DNA of 64,000 bases from Candidatus Cloacimonadota bacterium (GTDB lineage: Bacteria > Cloacimonadota > Cloacimonadia > Cloacimonadales > DAONDQ01): NCBI GenBank assembly GCA_035402645.1, contig DAONDQ010000003.1, positions 2,682 through 66,681 of the forward strand, written 5' to 3'. The position numbers were made by a program, and so were the translations under genes. Under the pieces are notes generated by a model. The model was not told where the DNA came from. It searched no databases and worked only from the letters and a program-made list of their open reading frames with translations. Positions 1-9,327 of the stretch are shown one piece after another. Position 1 is the first letter of the stretch. Every line of letters begins with the position of its first letter.

Positions 1-1
1 G

Positions 2-304
2 AATCGGTATATGGCGGAACTGCCGGCAATGTTCGTTGCCTTCCCAGGTGATGAAGAACAATACGGAGGCTGTCTTGCAGCAGGCAGGGGATTCCTGCAT
101 ATCAATCCGGAGGGGAAGGTCGAGGCTTGCCCGTTCGCTCCGTATTCCGATACAGACCTGAAAGATACGACCCTGAAGGACGCACTGTCTTCCCCATTAT
201 TGAGGAAGATTCGTGAAAACCACCATCTTCTCAAGGAAACGGAAGGTGGATGTGCGTTGTGGGCGAATAGGAAGTTTGTGAAGGAATTAAGAGATAAGAA
301 TTAA
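2..304 (+). CDS. radical SAM-type enzyme, C-terminal fragment with Cys-rich SPASM/twitch-like tail (5' end outside window)
   Basis: The frame is open to the window edge. The tail CLAAGRGFLHINPEGKVEACPFAPY ... GGCALW resembles the auxiliary Fe-S cluster end of radical SAM maturases. Confidence 0.45.
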   Translation, partial: NRYMAELPAMFVAFPGDEEQYGGCLAAGRGFLHINPEGKVEACPFAPYSDTDLKDTTLKDALSSPLLRKIRENHHLLKETEGGCALWANRKFVKELRDKN

Positions 305-530
305 GAATTTCATAGAATTTGGGACTAATACCCCCCCCTTGAGGAGGGGGGTTATTAGGCATTGTCTGTCGAAACATAAAGGGAAGGCGATGCACTGAGC
401 TTGACGAAGGTGACACGGAGTGCCGGATGAGTTTGATTACAGGAGTACAGAGCTCATGTCGTCGTGCGATGTGAATTTCAATAGATAATTTACGGTTTAT
501 CAAATATTACTTGTCAGAATTCCATAGAAT
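305..530. repeat. intergenic GC-rich hairpin-plus-box element, copy 1, bracketed by a 14-nt direct repeat (MITE/REP-like)
   Basis: GAATTTCATAGAAT (305-318) and GAATTCCATAGAAT (517-530) match at 13/14 positions. Between them lies the hairpin CTAATACCCCCC (325-336) / GGGGGG-T-TATTAG (346-358). The box GGTGACACGGAGTGCCGGATGAGTTTGAT (409-437) recurs at 58916-58944 with 26/29 identity. Confidence 0.6.
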
Positions 531-766
531 AATGGTAAATGGTCCATGTAATGAAAATTAATAAGGGGTAACTCATTAGAAATTGCTCATGAACACAATT
601 CCATTTTTCCATTAAGTACGTATATTATCTAAGGAGGTTGAGTCCCGGTGAGTGAATCATCTCTGTTTGCTCTACCGGGAAAAGCATTTCGTTACGTTTC
701 AGTATCTATTCATCGTTCATATGTCACGAATTGTGATGAATGCAAAATGGAAGAATAGGAGAAAAA

Positions 767-2923
767 ATGCGTAACACCACGATTATATTATCCCTCATGA
801 TATGTCTTTCCCCCTTTTTTTGCTGGGGAGTATATCATCAGACAAGCATCATACCGGGAACATACCACGCAGGATCGATACAGAATAATTTGGCTTATCT
901 GTCAGCCGGTACCAACTTTCCTGTATCACTCGACATATATGATATTTCAAATGAACAGAATCCAAGTTTACTATCCTCCATGAATTTATCTGGAATCAAC
1001 CAGATTGCTGTGAGAGATAGTGTTCTTTTTGCAACAGCATCTACAGAAAATGGACATCTGTACATCGTAAACGTATCGAATCCATCCCAACCACAATTGG
1101 TCAGCAATACAAACTTCGATTTTGATCAGGATATGGCAAATCTACTTGTATATGATCATTACATATTTTCCACTTTCCAGAATAATCTTCAAATCTTCAA
1201 CATTGCGAATCTGTCTCAACCAGTGCATATAACGTCTTTCCCGTTGGGTGATTCAACGATGACAATTGGTAAAATACAAACCAGCGAGCACTATCTGTAC
1301 TGCACAACAAATCATAATTTTCAAGTATATGATATTTCATTCCCTCCAATTCCCTTATTGGATGACGCCATCGACACAGAATTTCGAAATCAGGTGGTAA
1401 TCGGAAATGGTGCAGCCTTTTTAAGCGGTTACTATTCATTTTCGGATGATATTGACATTATCAAAATCACTGACCCTTGTCACTTGCAGCATATAGGAAC
1501 CATACCATCACCTGGGCAATTCATGTATTATGCAAATGACCATCTTTATGCTGCCTCGATCCAGCAAATATCTGATTATGACGTTAGTAATCCCTATCTA
1601 TTGAATTTCGTAAGCTACTACGATACAGGTTGGTATAGAATCATAGATGCAGAGGGGGGAAACCTATACCTGCTCAGTACCCTTGGAGTGCAGAAGTTGA
1701 ATTTTCAGAATCCGAATAATCCATATCTTGTTGGTTCTTACCATTTACCCATGTTTGCGAGTTCAATCGAGTTTGGTGATACAAATGCAATAGTCTGGTC
1801 TCATATATTCAACCAAATCATCAATATTGCAGACCCAAGCCAAATATACTCAAGTGGACAACTCACATTACCTGAATGGGCATTTCCCATAAAACTTATC
1901 GGTCACTATGCCTATATGATCGATCAAACTGATTCGACGATTTATGTTTATGATATAAGTGATCCACAGGTACCTCTGATGACGAGTTCTTTGCATGTTC
2001 CACTCATGAATGATGTGCAAGACATGGAAATCGATGGCAATTACGCTTATCTGCAAAGCTCGAATAAAATCACAGTTTTGGATATTCATGTGATCAGCGA
2101 CCCGCAGGTTATCGGTGGGATTGAAGTAACTGATCATACAATGATAGGTTTAAAAATCCATAACGGGATTGCATATGCAGTAACAGATATTGGAGGGGTC
2201 ATTGCTTATCATATTTCAAATGCATCTGACTTCAATCTCATTAGCAGTTTTATCAATCCGGTAGAGCAAATCGATATCAGGGGTTTTGAAATATCCGGCA
2301 ATGTTGGGTATCTTGCTGCAAGAGAAGAAGGGATTCAAGTACTGGATTTATCAGATCCAACAAACATAACGCTGCTGCAAACAATACAAATGTCTTCAAA
2401 CGAATCGATCACACCCATTGCAATTGCTTCTCATTACCTGTTTTTTGGTGATAATAGTCGTAACACTATATACACGTATGATATAACAATTCCGACACAA
2501 CCGGTATATGTCGCTTCATTCCCTTGGAACTGCCGGGCAAGTAAATTGGTGTCGCATGGAAACCTTCTTTATGCAACGAATGGACGCAGCATCGAAGTGC
2601 TTTCGTTTCCCTGGTTGACTGCAAATCATGACGATATGCAGACAAAAACACTATTGGATTCAAACAATTACCCGAATCCATTTAATCCTGAAACAACCAT
2701 TACTTTTTCAATACCCAGGCAAACGGATGTTAAACTTGAGATCTATAACATACGGGGACAAAGGGTAAAAACACTTGTGTCAGGATTCATTTCTCGCGGT
2801 TCGCACCAGGTCAAATGGGATGGAAAAGACCAAAAGGGAAATTCCATGGGATCAGGTGTCTATTTTTATCGAATAACTACTCCAGAAGGAAAAGTCACAA
2901 AGAAAATGCTATTGCTAAAATAA
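767..2923 (+). CDS. secreted LVIVD-repeat beta-propeller protein with T9SS C-terminal sorting domain
   Basis: Signal peptide MRNTTIILSLMICLSPFFCWG. About 13 degenerate LVIVD-like repeats (YIVNVSNPSQPQLVS, IYVYDISDPQVPLMTS, IQVLDLSDPTNITLLQ and others). The C-terminus NYPNPFNPETTITF...GVYFYRITTPEGKVTKKMLLLK starts near 2669. AGGAG at 757-761 lies 5 nt before ATG 767, so I prefer this start to the track start at 740. Confidence 0.85.
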   Translation: MRNTTIILSLMICLSPFFCWGVYHQTSIIPGTYHAGSIQNNLAYLSAGTNFPVSLDIYDISNEQNPSLLSSMNLSGINQIAVRDSVLFATASTENGHLYIVNVSNPSQPQLVSNTNFDFDQDMANLLVYDHYIFSTFQNNLQIFNIANLSQPVHITSFPLGDSTMTIGKIQTSEHYLYCTTNHNFQVYDISFPPIPLLDDAIDTEFRNQVVIGNGAAFLSGYYSFSDDIDIIKITDPCHLQHIGTIPSPGQFMYYANDHLYAASIQQISDYDVSNPYLLNFVSYYDTGWYRIIDAEGGNLYLLSTLGVQKLNFQNPNNPYLVGSYHLPMFASSIEFGDTNAIVWSHIFNQIINIADPSQIYSSGQLTLPEWAFPIKLIGHYAYMIDQTDSTIYVYDISDPQVPLMTSSLHVPLMNDVQDMEIDGNYAYLQSSNKITVLDIHVISDPQVIGGIEVTDHTMIGLKIHNGIAYAVTDIGGVIAYHISNASDFNLISSFINPVEQIDIRGFEISGNVGYLAAREEGIQVLDLSDPTNITLLQTIQMSSNESITPIAIASHYLFFGDNSRNTIYTYDITIPTQPVYVASFPWNCRASKLVSHGNLLYATNGRSIEVLSFPWLTANHDDMQTKTLLDSNNYPNPFNPETTITFSIPRQTDVKLEIYNIRGQRVKTLVSGFISRGSHQVKWDGKDQKGNSMGSGVYFYRITTPEGKVTKKMLLLK

Positions 2924-2935
2924 ACGGAAACAAGA

Positions 2936-2966
2936 GTGGGAGAAGCCATGAACCAACTTCTCCCAC
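2936..2966. terminator. hairpin between convergent genes (possible bidirectional terminator)
   Basis: GTGGGAGAAG (2936-2945) pairs with CTTCTCCCAC (2957-2966), giving a 10-bp stem. A T-rich run follows only on the minus strand (CTCTTGTTTCCGTTT). Confidence 0.5.
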
Positions 2967-3004
2967 AATCAAAATCAATGCAAAATTCAACTCGAAGATG
3001 CGAT

Positions 3005-4615
3005 TTATCGAACTCCTGAACTCTCATGTGCACTCAGTAATCCACTCAGCCTGCCTGGTGCAGCATAGGTTTTGATACTGCTGATATTCGGATTTCCAAT
3101 CGCATCATGCAAGACATGGTAATGCCCTTTACTGTGCAGAAAAAATGATCTGCACTGATCAGCAGATGACCTCGGAACTTCAAAATTCAAAAGGGATGAT
3201 TCTCCATTTGACATCACATAGTACTTATCATCGTCCCTGGTCATCTGTTTCGTAATATCCCGACCCTTGTCTTCGACAGCATTCAGTAAACCGATGCGAT
3301 GCATGGTGATTGGTTGTTGCTCTGAATAATCCATAGCTGCGTAATCGATATCCCAAAAATGGGAACCCCATACGAGTTTCAGTTGAATCGGATTGTCGCT
3401 GTCTTCATACAGGTCGAGAGGTAACACCATATCCTTGTATGCCATGGGACCAACAATTTCATAGTAATCAACGTATTTCCAACGACCCTGATGGTTTACG
3501 TATACAGAAAGTGGCACATTCTGTGATGATATCCAACTTTTCAGCATAGATCCGGGTGCTTTTTCCAACGAGGAAATGACCGATTCATATCGATCTCCGA
3601 ATAAACCATAAAAATGATTCATCGTATCATTAAGCCATTCCGTATTCTTTGCTCTGATAATGAGTTTCCCGAGATGTGCATTGTGGGGTCGATCAAAAGT
3701 CAGATACAATTCATTCGTGTTCTTTCCTGTATTGGCAGATCCGTCATCAGAAAATCCCATATTATCCTCTGCCGCCAATTCCTTCAAAACATCCTGGTTA
3801 TTTTCGGTGACAGCTTCCAAAGGTTTCTGCGGAGAATGAATCGTCAGATACTTTCCATGTCTATCCAGTAATACATCTGTACCGGATGCATGATCGACCG
3901 CAATTAACTCAGTCAAATTCGTATATTGTATTTCATTCAACTCATTGGTCATCTTCAATTGATATTGATTCCCAATTGGATTCAGGTTTCTGATCGGCAG
4001 ATAATCATCTCTTTCCAGACTTGTGAATTGCGCTCCGCTATAGATCTCACCGCTAAATTCAAAGGATTGCCCGTTATTTGCATAGATGAATGGACAGGAG
4101 ATGATGTCATTGTTGGTCGTATCCGGTGGTGCAGGATTGTTATTAGCTTTCCGATGATGGGCTGAATTAATCGTGATTAATGCAATGACCGTACCTATTA
4201 ATATGAGTGAAGTAGCAGTCCGGACGAAAGTCAATTCTTTATTGATCTTCAACGTTTCCATTCTATCGATCTGGCTGACAGGAATTGAAAACGATACATC
4301 ATTACCCCCCGGGAAAGGAACAGATGGATTCACATATACGTCTATATTGCTATGCTTATTAAAGATTTCCGTAGAATAGGGCGTAAGAATCTTCAGGGTG
4401 CCTTGTAAGGAGTTTGCATCCATGGTTGCATTTGTCAGGTAGTATATCATATTCTTATTTTGTTCAGAATTCCAAATCAGATGGATCAGTTTGCCATTCA
4501 AGGTAGGTTGAGGATTCTTGGGAACATTGATTTTTTCATAACTGGCACAGGAAACAAGAATGAATGGAATGAGTATGAATATGATCAATCTTACGATGAT
4601 TTTGGAAAAGAACAT
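3005..4615 (-). CDS. hypothetical lipoprotein / membrane protein
   Basis: Lipobox in MFFSKIIVRLIIFILIPFILVSC. A second hydrophobic helix (SLILIGTVIALITI) occurs about 150 aa in. GGAGG lies 5 nt upstream of ATG at 4615. I recognised no family motif. Confidence 0.7.
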   Translation of the reverse strand: MFFSKIIVRLIIFILIPFILVSCASYEKINVPKNPQPTLNGKLIHLIWNSEQNKNMIYYLTNATMDANSLQGTLKILTPYSTEIFNKHSNIDVYVNPSVPFPGGNDVSFSIPVSQIDRMETLKINKELTFVRTATSLILIGTVIALITINSAHHRKANNNPAPPDTTNNDIISCPFIYANNGQSFEFSGEIYSGAQFTSLERDDYLPIRNLNPIGNQYQLKMTNELNEIQYTNLTELIAVDHASGTDVLLDRHGKYLTIHSPQKPLEAVTENNQDVLKELAAEDNMGFSDDGSANTGKNTNELYLTFDRPHNAHLGKLIIRAKNTEWLNDTMNHFYGLFGDRYESVISSLEKAPGSMLKSWISSQNVPLSVYVNHQGRWKYVDYYEIVGPMAYKDMVLPLDLYEDSDNPIQLKLVWGSHFWDIDYAAMDYSEQQPITMHRIGLLNAVEDKGRDITKQMTRDDDKYYVMSNGESSLLNFEVPRSSADQCRSFFLHSKGHYHVLHDAIGNPNISSIKTYAAPGRLSGLLSAHESSGVR

Positions 4616-4851
4616 AGCCACCTCCAATGATTGATGCAAAAAAAATAATAATTCATGATTTTATTATGCATTTCTCCTTCCTTATTCGTCAAGTATGAAC
4701 TGTAAATCGAAGAATTTTCAAGACAACCTATTGATTTCCTTACCTTCGATCCTTGATTATCTGTCATTCTATAGCCATCTATGAAAGATCGTGATTTCTG
4801 GTGACAGACATAGGTTGAATCTACCGGATATTGTCGTTATTCACTTTCTCC

Positions 4852-4873
4852 TTGACGTCAAAGAAGTTACAAT
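4852..4873 (+). promoter_or_regulatory. candidate promoter of leuS (TTGACG-N10-TACAAT)
   Basis: TTGACG at 4852-4857 and TACAAT at 4868-4873, 40 nt upstream of ATG 4913. The 10-nt spacer is non-canonical for sigma-70, so this is tentative. Confidence 0.3.
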
Positions 4874-4912
4874 TTTTTGATTTCAATCTCAGGAATAGGT
4901 CGGGAGGACCAA

Positions 4913-7390
4913 ATGGAATATCCATTCGAAGTAATCGAGAAAAAATGGCAGAAGAAATGGAAGGAAAAGCGTATATTCAACGCCGTAGACTTCAGTGACA
5001 AGCCGAAATACTATGTTTTAAACATGTTCCCTTATCCATCAGGTGCTTTGCACATGGGGCATGTTTCCAATTATTCCATCGGTGATGCCATTACCAGGTT
5101 CAAGTTGATGCAAGGTTATAATGTAATGCAGCCCATGGGCTATGATGCATTCGGAATGCCGGCAGAGAACTTTGCCATTCAGCATAATTCACATCCGAGA
5201 CTGACCACTGAAAAGAACATGGAGATCATGGGTAAGCAGTTCGAAGATTTCGGATTCGGTATCGACTGGGACAGACCTGTTGCTACCTGTAAACCTGAAT
5301 ATTATAAATGGGGACAGTGGCTCTTCAAGAAACTCTATGAAAATGGATTAGCATATAAAAAGACCTCTTTCGTGAACTGGTGTGATGAATGCCAGACTGT
5401 GCTTGCCAATGAACAGGTGGAAGATGGTAACTGCTGGAGATGCGGAACTGTCGTGCGTCAAAAGGAATTGGAGCAGTGGTTCTTCCGTATCACGAAATAT
5501 GCAGAGGAATTGCTTGATTTCTCGCACATGATTGATTGGCCCGAACGCGTCATGGTTATGCAGGAGAACTGGATCGGCAAGAGTTTCGGAACTGAGATAT
5601 TCTTCAAACTGGAAAATTCTGATACCATCATCAAGGTATTTACGACAAGACCCGATACAATATTTGGCGTAACCTTCATGGCACTTCCTCCGGAGCATCC
5701 ACTGGTGAGGGAATGGTTGGAAAAGGAGCCTGCTGACAGCAAGTTAAGGGTTTTCTGCGATAAAGTGATCAATGAAGACAAGATCAATCGTACTTCCGAA
5801 GATACAACCAAGGAAGGTGTATTTTCCGGTCGTTATTGTATAAATCCGGTCAATGGAGACAAGGTACAGATCTGGATTACCAATTATGTCCTCATGGATT
5901 ATGGCACCGGGGCTGTTATGGCGGTGCCTGCACATGATCAGAGAGATTTTGAATTCGCAGGGAAATATGATATTCCAATGAAGATCGTGATTCAGAATGA
6001 GGATCAGGATCTGGTGCTCGAAAAGATGAAAAAAGCCTACACTTCACCCGGATATATGGTGAATTCAGAGAAATTCAACGGTCTTGCCAGCAACATGGCA
6101 AAAGAAAAGATAACACAATGGCTGCAATTGGAGAATTACGGGAGTGGTACGGTTACCTATCGCCTGCGCGACTGGGGTGTTTCCAGGCAGCGTTACTGGG
6201 GAAATCCAATCCCTGTGATCTATTGTGACCACTGCGGTGTTGTTCTTGTTCCCGATGAGGACTTGCCTGTACTTCTTCCAGAAAATGTACAGATTGGAAA
6301 GACCACACAGAATCCGCTACTTTCAGTTCCAGAATGGATCAACGTTCCGTGCCCGAAGTGTGGTGCACCCGCAAGACGGGAGACCGATACCATGGATACA
6401 TTCGTGGATAGTTCATGGTATTATGCCAGATATACTGATCCAAAGAATGACAACAAGCCATTCGATACAGCCAAGAGTGATTACTGGCTGCCTGTAGACC
6501 AATATATAGGCGGAATCGAGCATGCCTGCATGCACTTGCTGTATGCACGCTTCTTCCATAAATTCATGAGAGACATTGGGCTTGTGAAGTCGGACGAACC
6601 TTTTGCACGTCTGCTGACACAGGGAATGGTGACCAAGGACGGGGCTAAAATGTCCAAGTCCAAGGGAAATACAGTAGATCCCCAGACCTACCTGGATCGT
6701 TTTGGTTCAGATACGGCTCGCGTATTCATGCTATTTGCCTCACCTCCTGAAAAGGATGTGGAATGGAATGACGATGGTGTCGTGGGAGCTTTCCGCTTCC
6801 TGAATCGAATCTGGAGATTGATCGAATCTCAGCAGGAATTGATTCGCAAGCATTATGACCTGCTTGCAGAGCATGATGATTTGAGAAAAGAGATTGCTGA
6901 TCTTCGTTACAGCACTCATTTCATGATACGGAAATGGAATGAGGATATCGAGAACAGGATGCAGTTCAATACTGCCATCGCTGCCATCATGGAGCACTTG
7001 AATAATGTGACGAACATCAAGCAACCTGATGCACTCACGAACGTCGAAAAGGCTGTATATGCCGAAGCATGTATTATGATGCCTCGCCTGCTGTATATCT
7101 TTGCTCCCCATATTTCGGAAGAACTCTGGTCAATGCTTGGAAACGAAACCTTCATTCATGAAGCAGGTATTCCCACTCATAAGGAAGAGTATCTGGTCAA
7201 AGACCTCATTACCTATGTCATACAGGTTAACGGCAAGGTGAGGGGTAAGTTAAGCGTTTCACCAGACATTGAGAATGAAGACTTGGAAAGACAGGCTGTC
7301 ACGAATGAAAATGTAGCCAAGATGTTGGAAGGACATCAGGTGAAGAAGATATTCATCGTACCGAACAAGCTTGTAAATATCGTGATATAA
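4913..7390 (+). CDS. leuS: leucine--tRNA ligase
   Basis: N-terminus MEYPFEVIEKKWQKKW. HIGH-type motif PYPSGALHMGH, KMSKS motif, and the Zn-type CP1 region CDECQTVLANEQVEDGNCWRCG. GGGAGG lies upstream of ATG 4913. The TTG at 4877 in the track is rejected as the start. Confidence 0.97.
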   Translation: MEYPFEVIEKKWQKKWKEKRIFNAVDFSDKPKYYVLNMFPYPSGALHMGHVSNYSIGDAITRFKLMQGYNVMQPMGYDAFGMPAENFAIQHNSHPRLTTEKNMEIMGKQFEDFGFGIDWDRPVATCKPEYYKWGQWLFKKLYENGLAYKKTSFVNWCDECQTVLANEQVEDGNCWRCGTVVRQKELEQWFFRITKYAEELLDFSHMIDWPERVMVMQENWIGKSFGTEIFFKLENSDTIIKVFTTRPDTIFGVTFMALPPEHPLVREWLEKEPADSKLRVFCDKVINEDKINRTSEDTTKEGVFSGRYCINPVNGDKVQIWITNYVLMDYGTGAVMAVPAHDQRDFEFAGKYDIPMKIVIQNEDQDLVLEKMKKAYTSPGYMVNSEKFNGLASNMAKEKITQWLQLENYGSGTVTYRLRDWGVSRQRYWGNPIPVIYCDHCGVVLVPDEDLPVLLPENVQIGKTTQNPLLSVPEWINVPCPKCGAPARRETDTMDTFVDSSWYYARYTDPKNDNKPFDTAKSDYWLPVDQYIGGIEHACMHLLYARFFHKFMRDIGLVKSDEPFARLLTQGMVTKDGAKMSKSKGNTVDPQTYLDRFGSDTARVFMLFASPPEKDVEWNDDGVVGAFRFLNRIWRLIESQQELIRKHYDLLAEHDDLRKEIADLRYSTHFMIRKWNEDIENRMQFNTAIAAIMEHLNNVTNIKQPDALTNVEKAVYAEACIMMPRLLYIFAPHISEELWSMLGNETFIHEAGIPTHKEEYLVKDLITYVIQVNGKVRGKLSVSPDIENEDLERQAVTNENVAKMLEGHQVKKIFIVPNKLVNIVI

Positions 7391-7392
7391 AC

Positions 7393-8298
7393 TTAAGATA
7401 ACATTTGTTTAAAAGAAGCATCCCTGGGGTGCTTCTTTTTTTCTCTCATCATCAAGAACAATCCAACCAGGGCGGGAAGTACACCCGTAATAATGAAGAT
7501 GGTCAGTGAAGCAGTGACCGCATACTCTCCCCTGATTCCGTAACGCTTGAAAATATGAACCGCAAAGGTCTCCCTCAATCCAAGCCCCGAGAACGTAATG
7601 GGAATCGTATTCGCAAACAGCACAAGCGAAGAGGAGATCGCTACTTTATCAAAGCGAATCGGATAGAATGTATTCAAAATGATCCAATATTGGATGAACG
7701 TGAAAAAGACTGTAATGATCTGGTTCAGCATGACCAGGGGCGCTGCTTTCCTGTATTCCTGTCGGAGTGGTTCCAGGTTCGGTCTGAGTCGCATTGCAAA
7801 GTATAGACCAAGTGGAGAAAAGGTAATCAGCAAGGCGGCGATCAGCTTCAATGGCAGTGAAAATGAATAGAAATAAAAGAAAGTTGCCCAGATAGCAAAG
7901 AACCAGTTCGTCCAAGTGAGAAAGAACTTCTCCATAAGAATGGAAAAGAAGGTCTTCCTTTTACTTGTGTTCTCGATAAAAAAGACTTTTCCAAAGCTGG
8001 CATGTCCACCGGGTATCAGGAATCCGAGCGCGAGACCAATAAGGTAGGATTTGAATATTTGTCTCTTACGTGAAGAAAAGCCTGGATTCAGATGAAGCAT
8101 CATTTTCCAATTCCGATATTGAAGATACAGCTTGATGCAGGTTGTCACGACTAACAGAAAAAAGGTGAATAAACTGAATTTCATGAAATTGGCAGCCACG
8201 ACCTGCATGTCCATCTTCCTGAAAATAAAATACAGGATGACGATGGAAATAGCCAATTTCAAAAGAAATTCAAGCCTTTTCCTGGTTACGCTTTCCAT
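7393..8298 (-). CDS. flippase-like polytopic membrane protein (UPF0104 / lysyl-PG-synthase TM-region family)
   Basis: About 8 TM helices. The N-terminus KRLEFLLKLAISIVILYFIFRKMD and the loops PGGHASFGK and PITFSGLGLRE are typical of this family. It overlaps the upstream GT2 gene by 13 nt. Confidence 0.55.
   Translation of the reverse strand: MESVTRKRLEFLLKLAISIVILYFIFRKMDMQVVAANFMKFSLFTFFLLVVTTCIKLYLQYRNWKMMLHLNPGFSSRKRQIFKSYLIGLALGFLIPGGHASFGKVFFIENTSKRKTFFSILMEKFFLTWTNWFFAIWATFFYFYSFSLPLKLIAALLITFSPLGLYFAMRLRPNLEPLRQEYRKAAPLVMLNQIITVFFTFIQYWIILNTFYPIRFDKVAISSSLVLFANTIPITFSGLGLRETFAVHIFKRYGIRGEYAVTASLTIFIITGVLPALVGLFLMMREKKKHPRDASFKQMLS
7414..7442 (+). terminator. rho-independent terminator of leuS
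   Basis: AGAAGCATCC-CTG-GGGTGCTTCT forms a 10-bp stem including one G-U pair and is followed by T7. It lies inside the last codons of the convergent gene 7393..8298. Confidence 0.75.
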
Positions 8299-9326
8299 TT
8301 TGCCTTTACGAATAAGCTGATGATGGAGAAGAAAATCGCATAATATGGATATACCAGAAGAAAAATGTAATCCAGTGGGTGGAATCTCTCATGATGGATG
8401 ATCAGTGAACATGAATAAAACAGGTATATAGGGAGAATAATGCCTGCTAAATAAACCCAGTTCATGTGATGAACAAGCAGGAACGGCAGAAAAATAAAGA
8501 AGGCAAAAACCAAAGCCGTGAAAAGTATATAGTAGGTTGACGAAAGCTTGATCTTCCCATACTGTCTGATCTCTCTATCAAGCAATTGTTTGAAGGTGTA
8601 TTTTTGATTCTGCTCGATCATTGTCTCATCGGAATTATAACCGATTTTATAATCTAACTGATGCATCTTTTTCAGTAACAGCTTGTCATCACCTGCATGG
8701 AAATCACCCAAGCCTTCATGACCGCCTATGTCTTCATACACAAAGCGTCTGATTGCTATATTTGCACCGGAACAACTGAATGGAATTCCCATGCCCACGG
8801 TGGAGCAGAAAAGACCGGATGAGAATATCCGTTTTACGCGATAAATAAGAGATAGGTGTTTCATCCTTACATAACCGATTACCATTCCAATGATTGTGTA
8901 GAAGTAGCTGTTATAAGATGAAATCCAATGAACTGGAACTTCCGTATCAGTATCGGTGAATAATAAAATATCCTTCGTTGCATGTTTTGCTGCAAGAGTA
9001 AGTGCTTGTCGCTTCCCCTTTCCTATCTTTTCACTTTCTTTCACTTGGAAAACCTGTATGTTGTTTTTCTCATTTGCGAACTCATTCATTTGATTGAACG
9101 TATCATCCGATGAAGCATCATCAACAAGAATTATTTCGTATAGCTCAGTTGGATAATCAAGAGCTTTCAGAGAAGCAAGGAATCCTGGTAATCTTTCCGA
9201 TTCGTTTCTTCCCACTGCGATAATTGAATATGTATGTTGCAAGGGAGTGTTTGTTTTCCATTTCCTGAACATGGCAAAGCTCATGTTCAATAGGATAATC
9301 ACATAAATCAGAAGAATAACATCCAT
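8286..9326 (-). CDS. membrane-embedded family-2 glycosyltransferase
   Basis: IIAVGRNESERLPGFLASLKALDYPTELYEIILVDDASSDDT, LFTDTDTEVP, GANIAIRR and DDKLLLKK match GT2 motifs. One N-terminal TM helix and several C-terminal ones give a processive-synthase-like layout. Confidence 0.8.
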   Translation of the reverse strand: MDVILLIYVIILLNMSFAMFRKWKTNTPLQHTYSIIAVGRNESERLPGFLASLKALDYPTELYEIILVDDASSDDTFNQMNEFANEKNNIQVFQVKESEKIGKGKRQALTLAAKHATKDILLFTDTDTEVPVHWISSYNSYFYTIIGMVIGYVRMKHLSLIYRVKRIFSSGLFCSTVGMGIPFSCSGANIAIRRFVYEDIGGHEGLGDFHAGDDKLLLKKMHQLDYKIGYNSDETMIEQNQKYTFKQLLDREIRQYGKIKLSSTYYILFTALVFAFFIFLPFLLVHHMNWVYLAGIILPIYLFYSCSLIIHHERFHPLDYIFLLVYPYYAIFFSIISLFVKAKWKA

Positions 9327-9327
9327 A

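Noticed and set aside
231-503. 90-aa minus-strand ORF across the first intergenic region.
   Set aside because: It overlaps the 3' end of the radical-SAM fragment and runs through the C-run/G-run hairpin (translation ...NNPPPQGGG...). It has no SD.
740-766. Upstream alternative starts given by the ORF track (740, 4877, 41882, 46698, 49542, 52720, 4639).
   Set aside because: In each case an internal ATG is preceded by an AGGAG/GGAGG-type SD at 5-8 nt. That ATG begins a proper signal peptide or a conserved N-terminus, and the upstream extension lacks an SD.
4640-4912. T-box or other leader riboswitch upstream of leuS.
   Set aside because: I could find no T-box consensus, specifier-loop or antiterminator structure. 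The candidate promoter leaves a leader of only about 35-40 nt.
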